64,000 nucleotides of DNA from contig OY820591.1 of NCBI GenBank assembly GCA_963555985.3, positions 544,001-608,000 of the forward strand, written 5' to 3'. Of the stretch, positions 59,199 to 64,000 are shown in pieces (positions within the stretch are counted from its first letter, which is position 1; each line of letters opens with the position of its first letter). Made by a program: the position numbers and the translations under genes. The DNA comes from Dehalococcoidia bacterium (GTDB lineage: Bacteria > Chloroflexota > Dehalococcoidia > Bin125). The notes beneath the pieces were generated by a model. That model was given only the letters and a program-made list of their open reading frames with translations. It was not told the DNA's origin and ran no database searches.

Positions 59199-59450
59199 AT
59201 GGCGATCATCGACAAACTGCGAGGGGTAGACATCCTGAGTCCGCAGATCGGCGATGAGCCGGCGCGGGAAACCGTCGATTGGTTGCAGGATGAGATGGAG
59301 CCGCTGGTCGCAAATCCTGAGCTTGAGCTCATGCTGGATCGTTTGCTGGCGCAGATGGAAGCTCGTATGTGGCGCATTGTCGCGACTGCCACAGCGCTCT
59401 TACTTGCTGCACTCGCCATTGCCACCGGTCTGATCATCGCGCTCAACTAG
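59199..59450 (+). CDS. Small coiled-coil protein with C-terminal TM helix (CCDC90-like)
   Basis: GGAG SD; short helical body and hydrophobic C-terminus. Confidence 0.55.
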   Translation: MAIIDKLRGVDILSPQIGDEPARETVDWLQDEMEPLVANPELELMLDRLLAQMEARMWRIVATATALLLAALAIATGLIIALN

Positions 59451-60379
59451 AACGTCGCAATCACCCCGCCCAGACCGATCAGCGCTCCCACCAGCAGGTG
59501 CAGTTGCGCCGTGCGTTTGAGCATGGGATTGAGCGCCGGACCGGACAGGCCGTTGGCGAGCTCGCGGACGAGGATCGCTGCGAGCGGCAGGGCCAGCAAG
59601 ACCAGCAGCGTCCAGAGCGGCAACAGCCCTAGGCCGGCGAAGACGGCGACCGCCGCGAACGCGCTGAGCACCAGTAGGCCGTATTCGATCCGCGTCGCGC
59701 CTTCGCCGATCACCACTGCGAGCGTTCGTTTCCCGCTCGCGCGATCGGTGTGAATGTCGCGCAGATTGTTGACCACCAGGATCGCGGTGACCGTGCAACC
59801 AACGGGCACCGAGGCAGCAGCTAGTTCCCAGGTCAGTTCCTCAATCTGGACGTAGCCGGCGCCCATCACGGCGACGAACCCGAAGAAGAGGAAGCAGATG
59901 ATGTCGCCGAGTCCTCGGTAGCCGTAGGGCAGCGGACCTCCGGTGTAGGTCACCGCCGCCAGCAGCGACGCGCCGCCGATGATCAGGATTGGCCAACCGA
60001 CGATCACGGTTAGGGCGATCCCAACGACGAGCGCAGCGGCCGTGACGATTGCGATGCCTACAGTCATCTCGCGCTGCGAGAGCCAGCCTTGAGCCACGGC
60101 GCGTGGAGGACCGAGCCGATCTGGTGTGTCTGCCCCGCGGCGAAAGTCGGAGAGGTCGTTGGCGAAGTTGACCACGATTTGGATCAAGATCGCCCCGATC
60201 ATCGCCAAGAAGAAGCGGCCAGCCTCGAAATCGCCGTCGACGGCTGCGATCCCGGTACCCGCCAACACGGGTGATACCGCCGCCGGCAGCGTCGGCGGGC
60301 GAACGGCAAGCAGCCAGGCTCGGCGCTTGCTCGGCAGTGTGGGCGCTTCAGTAATCAGCGCTTCCCTTGTTTCCGTCAT
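59447..60379 (-). CDS. menA: 1,4-dihydroxy-2-naphthoate polyprenyltransferase
   Basis: 'RPPTL', 'NFANDLSD...GAD', 'YTGGPLPYGYRGLGD', 'VNNLRD..TD...GKRTL'; start uncertain. Confidence 0.93.
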   Translation of the reverse strand: MTETREALITEAPTLPSKRRAWLLAVRPPTLPAAVSPVLAGTGIAAVDGDFEAGRFFLAMIGAILIQIVVNFANDLSDFRRGADTPDRLGPPRAVAQGWLSQREMTVGIAIVTAAALVVGIALTVIVGWPILIIGGASLLAAVTYTGGPLPYGYRGLGDIICFLFFGFVAVMGAGYVQIEELTWELAAASVPVGCTVTAILVVNNLRDIHTDRASGKRTLAVVIGEGATRIEYGLLVLSAFAAVAVFAGLGLLPLWTLLVLLALPLAAILVRELANGLSGPALNPMLKRTAQLHLLVGALIGLGGVIATF

Positions 60380-60447
60380 TCCCGCGTAGGCGGGAATCTA
60401 TGCGGCGCGCGATGTCTGTATGGGTTCCCGCTTTCGCGGGAATGACG
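60374..60447. repeat. Paired CGTC-type REP between menB and menA
   Basis: CGTCATTCCCGCGTAGGCGGGAATC ... TTCCCGCTTTCGCGGGAATGACG. Confidence 0.85.
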
Positions 60448-60479
60448 AACAAAGCATCATAATTCCTTGGTTGCCGCTC

Positions 60480-61331
60480 CTATGGGAATCTCGGGTACTT
60501 GGAGAAGTCGGGCTTGCGCTTCTCGAGGAAGGCGTTCTTGCCCTCCTTGGCCTCCTCGGAGAGGTAGTAGAGCAGGGTCGAGTCGCCGGCGAACATCTGC
60601 ATCCCGGAGAGGCCGTCGGTGTCGGCGACGAGGGCGCGCTTGATGAAGCGCAGCGCGGTTGGGGACATGCAGAGGATTTCGCGGCAACGGTTGACGACTT
60701 CGAGTTCGAGGTCGTCGACCGGGAAGACCTCGCAGGCGAGTCCCATGTCGACCGCTTCCTGTCCGCTGTACTGGCGGCATTGCATCCAGATCTCGGCGGC
60801 TTTCTTGTGCCCGACCAGACGGGCGAGCAGCATCGTGCCGTAGCCCGCGTCGAATGAGCCGACCTTCGGTCCGGTCTGGCCGAACCAGGCGTTGTCGGCG
60901 GCGTAGGTGAGGTCGCAGACGGTGGCGAGCACGTTGCCGCCGCCGATCGCGTAGCCGGCGACCATCGCGATCACGGGCTTGGGGATCGAGCGCATGTAGC
61001 GGTGCAGGTCGAGCACGTTGAGGCGGGGCACACCATCGTCGCCGACATAACCGCCGTCGCCGCGGATGCGCTGGTCGCCGCCGGAGCAGAAGGCTTCCTT
61101 GCCCTCGCCGGTGAGGATGATCACGCCGACCGACATGTCTTCGTGGGCGCGCTGGAAGGCGTCCAGCAACTCGAACAGCGTCTTGGGTCTGAAAGCGTTG
61201 CGTACCTCGGGACGCGCGATCGTGATCTTGGCGATGCCTTCGGCGATGTCGTAGTAGATGTCGCCGTAGTCGCCCTGGCGCTCCCAATCGGGCAGGCCGG
61301 TGCGTTCGACGGTGACGGTGGGTCGGGACAT
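60480..61331 (-). CDS. menB: 1,4-dihydroxy-2-naphthoyl-CoA synthase
   Basis: '[10 protein letters not shown]', 'FCSGGDQ', '[10 protein letters not shown]', 'FLEKRKPDF'. Confidence 0.96.
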   Translation of the reverse strand: MSRPTVTVERTGLPDWERQGDYGDIYYDIAEGIAKITIARPEVRNAFRPKTLFELLDAFQRAHEDMSVGVIILTGEGKEAFCSGGDQRIRGDGGYVGDDGVPRLNVLDLHRYMRSIPKPVIAMVAGYAIGGGNVLATVCDLTYAADNAWFGQTGPKVGSFDAGYGTMLLARLVGHKKAAEIWMQCRQYSGQEAVDMGLACEVFPVDDLELEVVNRCREILCMSPTALRFIKRALVADTDGLSGMQMFAGDSTLLYYLSEEAKEGKNAFLEKRKPDFSKYPRFP

Positions 61332-61337
61332 GAATCG

Positions 61338-61991
61338 TTACTCCTTCGCTGAGGATGTGTGCGGATGGGATTCGAGCGGCACGCCGGCGCTGCGCAGTAA
61401 CAGGCGGCGGAGTTCGGGGTAGATGCGCTCGATTGGCGTTGCGATGCGACCGGCGGCCCAGGCGGTGAGCGTTGCTTGCACCATCCCGACCCAGGCACGC
61501 GCGGTGAGATCGGGATCGAGCGGTGCATCGAGCCGGCTCAGTCGTCCGCTGTCCAGCGCGCAGCGGAGTTCCCGCGCGATGACGGCGACGAACTCGTCCT
61601 CGATCTCAGCCACCCGATCGCGTGCAGCGGCGGAACCGATGACCGTTTCCGTCGCCAGCACGCGGGCCAAGGATCGATGTGCGGAGAGTGTCTCAATCAG
61701 CGTCGCCAAGGCGGCGTCGGCGCGGGCTACGGGATCGGAGCCGGCGGCGGACATGGCCTTGGCCACCCGCCGCCGGAGAACCTCCCCGGCGCGCCCGATC
61801 ACGGCGGCGATCAAGGCTTCTTTGGTGGGGAAGTGGAAGTAGAGGCCGCCCTTGGAGGTGTCGGCCGCGGCGGCGATCTCGTCCATCTGAGCATCCGCGT
61901 AGCCGCGCTGGGCGAAGACGCGAGCGGCGGCGTCAAGCAGCTGCTCGCGGCGCTCCACGGCGCGGGCCTGTCGCGGTTGGCTGAGAACCAT
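61338..61991 (-). CDS. TetR/AcrR-family regulator
   Basis: 'LLDAAARVFAQRGY...MDEIA....TSKGGLYFHF.TKE'. Confidence 0.92.
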   Translation of the reverse strand: MVLSQPRQARAVERREQLLDAAARVFAQRGYADAQMDEIAAAADTSKGGLYFHFPTKEALIAAVIGRAGEVLRRRVAKAMSAAGSDPVARADAALATLIETLSAHRSLARVLATETVIGSAAARDRVAEIEDEFVAVIARELRCALDSGRLSRLDAPLDPDLTARAWVGMVQATLTAWAAGRIATPIERIYPELRRLLLRSAGVPLESHPHTSSAKE

Positions 61992-62021
61992 GCGGGTTCC
62001 GCATCTAGCAGGAGCGTCGCA

Positions 62022-62043
62022 AATCCGACGCACCAGTCGGTTT
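62022..62043. promoter_or_regulatory. Putative TetR operator between tetR and menG
   Basis: CCGAC-GCACCA-GTCGG inverted repeat just upstream of a TAATGT -10 element. Confidence 0.5.
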
Positions 62044-62058
62044 CGATAATGTATCAGC

Positions 62059-62766
62059 ATGGATCGGCAACCCCCGCCTGCGGAGCGCACCGGCGCAATT
62101 GCGGAGATGTTCAGCCGGCTGGCGCCGCACTACGACCGCATGAATCGGCTGATGACGGCGGGCCGCGACGGTCGCTGGCGGCAGTTGGCGGTGGAGGCGG
62201 CGCAGCCGCAGGACGCGATGGCGCTTGATCTGGGGGCGGGCACGGGTGATCTGAGCGCGGAGTTCCGGCAGGCGGGCGCGCAGCAGGTGATCGCGCTCGA
62301 TGTTTCCGCCGCCATGCTCCTACGCGCCCGCGAGAAGTACGGCCAGGAGCGGGTCGATTGGCTGCAAGGAGACGCGCTGCACCTGCCTTTCCCGGATCAG
62401 TCATTCGACGCGGTAGCTTCAGCGTTCGTGCTGAGGAATCTGCCCGACCTGGCGGGGTCATTCGCGGAGATGGCGCGGGTGCTGAGGCCGGGCGGTCGGC
62501 TGGTTGGGCTGGACATCACGCATCCGCCCGACACGCTCTGGGGCAAGCTGCTGCGCTTCGGATTCGAGCAGGGCGTGACGCGAGTGGCAGGTCTGGTGTC
62601 GGGGGATCGGTCGGCGTATCGCTACCTGCCGAATTCGCTTTCGGGCTATCCGACGGCGGACGAGTTGTCGGCGATGCTGGAGTCGGCGGGGCTGGTGGAG
62701 GTGTCGTATCGGCGGTTGTCGATGGGCGCGGTGGCGTTGCATGTGGGCAGGCAACGACGCCAATGA
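62059..62766 (+). CDS. menG: Demethylmenaquinone methyltransferase (UbiE/MenG)
   Basis: 'FSRLAPHYDRMNRLM', 'LDLGAGTGD', 'GDALHLPF', 'AYRYLPNS'. Confidence 0.9.
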   Translation: MDRQPPPAERTGAIAEMFSRLAPHYDRMNRLMTAGRDGRWRQLAVEAAQPQDAMALDLGAGTGDLSAEFRQAGAQQVIALDVSAAMLLRAREKYGQERVDWLQGDALHLPFPDQSFDAVASAFVLRNLPDLAGSFAEMARVLRPGGRLVGLDITHPPDTLWGKLLRFGFEQGVTRVAGLVSGDRSAYRYLPNSLSGYPTADELSAMLESAGLVEVSYRRLSMGAVALHVGRQRRQ

Positions 62767-62950
62767 ATCTTCAATTCACGCGGCATGCGCTCGATGTCAT
62801 GGAAGAGCGAAACATTCGACGGGAATGGGTGGAACGGACCGCTGGAACGACCAATGCGTCGGATGATCGATCCGCACGATGAAGAAGTCGAGCGCTTCTA
62901 CCGCAGTGTTCCCGAACGGGACGACCGCGCTCTGCGTGTCGCAGTGAAGG
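62763..62950 (+). pseudogene. Frameshifted DUF4258-like toxin remnant
   Basis: 'FTRHALDVMEERNIRREWVERT' continues in the +1 frame as 'LERP...RFYRSVPERDDRALRVAV'; ATGA overlap with menG. Confidence 0.6.
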
Positions 62951-63277
62951 GGATCGCAAGGATGTTTTACACCACACTTCCTGCTCTCAGGATATCGGCC
63001 GAACGAGGATGGTCCGGTGAAATGTCAACTAAATCGCGCTATGCTTGGTCTGGAGACTTGGCGAGGCAAGGCCGATGCCGAGCTTCAAGGGCGGGCGGAA
63101 AGGGTGCAGGTTGCGGATTGCGGCACCCCTCCGCCCTAGCGCGGGATCGTCTGTTACCGATTCCCGCGCTTGCCCTACCCTATCAACGACTCTCTCAGTC
63201 AGTCCCCACTTTGCCGGCGTGACATCGAACCGGGCCAGAAACTCATCGGCGCATCGCCCCTCTTTGGATTCCCATTC

Positions 63278-63605
63278 TTATCCAGCAGCAGACGCATGTC
63301 TGTCCAACGCCTGCTCGAACGCCAGCGCTCGCTCCACCGTTGAGCGGGTCAACTCATACGCCTCGGCGATTGCGGCGACCGTATCGCCAGCTTCGGCAAG
63401 CGACGCCAGGGCCGCCGTTTCGAGCCGGCGGCCCTTGAGCGTGGGCGAACCGCCCATCACGTCGGGGCGGCAGCGCGGTCGCGCGGACGGCCCCGGATCG
63501 TCGCCAGCGTCGTAGGTCCTCGGTGGTCACGCCTGCCAAAGCCGCCACCAGACGCGACGGCATCGACCCCGCAGCTGACTGCTCGTCCAGGTCTCCGCTG
63601 CTCAT
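63278..63605 (-). pseudogene. Disrupted HTH/DUF433-domain antitoxin-like gene
   Basis: N-part 'VAALAGVTTEDLRRW' and, out of frame, 'VMGGSPTLKGRRL...IAEAYELT...VERAL.FE'. Confidence 0.6.
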
Positions 63606-63642
63606 GGCGTACTTCTGCGCGGCAAGTGTACCCACCGTGACT

Positions 63643-64000
63643 TCAGCGCTGAGCTTCCAGCGACACCATCGACCGGCCGCTGCCTTTGACCAGGCGGCCG
63701 GACCAAGTGGTTGGCGGGGCGTCCGACGCCTCCAGCCATTCCGCTCGTGTCACTCGAAATCCGGCGGCGTCCATTGGGGGCTTGAGGGACTTGCGCAGCG
63801 TCTGCGGCGACGGCGCGTCGAATTCGTCGGGCGCTGCTTCGGCGTTGAGCACGATGCTCACCCGCGACTGCTCCGCACACAACCCATCAAGCAAGTCTGC
63901 CAATGCTGCGTCACCGTTCAGAACCATCCGCAGCAGGGCGGCCCAGGGAAAATAGATCGTCAGCCAATCCGCCGCCCCGCGCAGCTCTTGCGGCAATGCC
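63643..64000 (-). CDS. 16S rRNA (adenine-1408-N1)-methyltransferase-like protein, NpmA/KamB family (5' end outside window)
   Basis: 'LPQEL...AD.LTIYFPW..LL', 'AGF.V' and 'TTW..RL..G..R' motifs in NpmA order. Confidence 0.7.
   Translation of the reverse strand, partial: ALPQELRGAADWLTIYFPWAALLRMVLNGDAALADLLDGLCAEQSRVSIVLNAEAAPDEFDAPSPQTLRKSLKPPMDAAGFRVTRAEWLEASDAPPTTWSGRLVKGSGRSMVSLEAQR

Overview
High-GC bacterial chromosomal DNA. It is inferred to be Chloroflexota, probably a Dehalococcoidia/SAR202-like and possibly sponge-associated lineage, from five luciferase-like monooxygenases, tandem SDRs, a stand-alone Tat-lipoprotein family-5 SBP and an Fn3/LRR surface protein. The housekeeping core comprises a full F0F1 ATP synthase operon, murA-mreB, rex, pyrF, cinA, a MoxR cluster, NfeD-flotillin and menA/menB/menG. 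The atp operon has a ~220-aa insertion in subunit a, a HAD gene between atpG and atpD, and an upstream Rex box. Intergenic DNA is crowded with modular palindromic repeats and elements carrying 10-bp-phased direct repeats. The most unusual region is 44.97-53.77 kb. A 1441-aa surface protein gene is followed by two orphan, divergent copies of its own 3' end. Each copy is joined by a near-identical ~86-bp hairpin/promoter/RBS/start-codon linker to a different toxin-antitoxin-like pair (HEPN/MNT-like; DUF5678-like plus aspartic protease). HicAB, duplicated PIN pairs and a repeat-flanked coiled-coil gene lie in the same array. The right edge holds the C-terminal half of an NpmA/KamB-like 16S rRNA m1A1408 methyltransferase. 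No rRNA, tRNA, CRISPR array, transposase or integrase was recognised. All family calls come from reading motifs by eye; no database searches were run.
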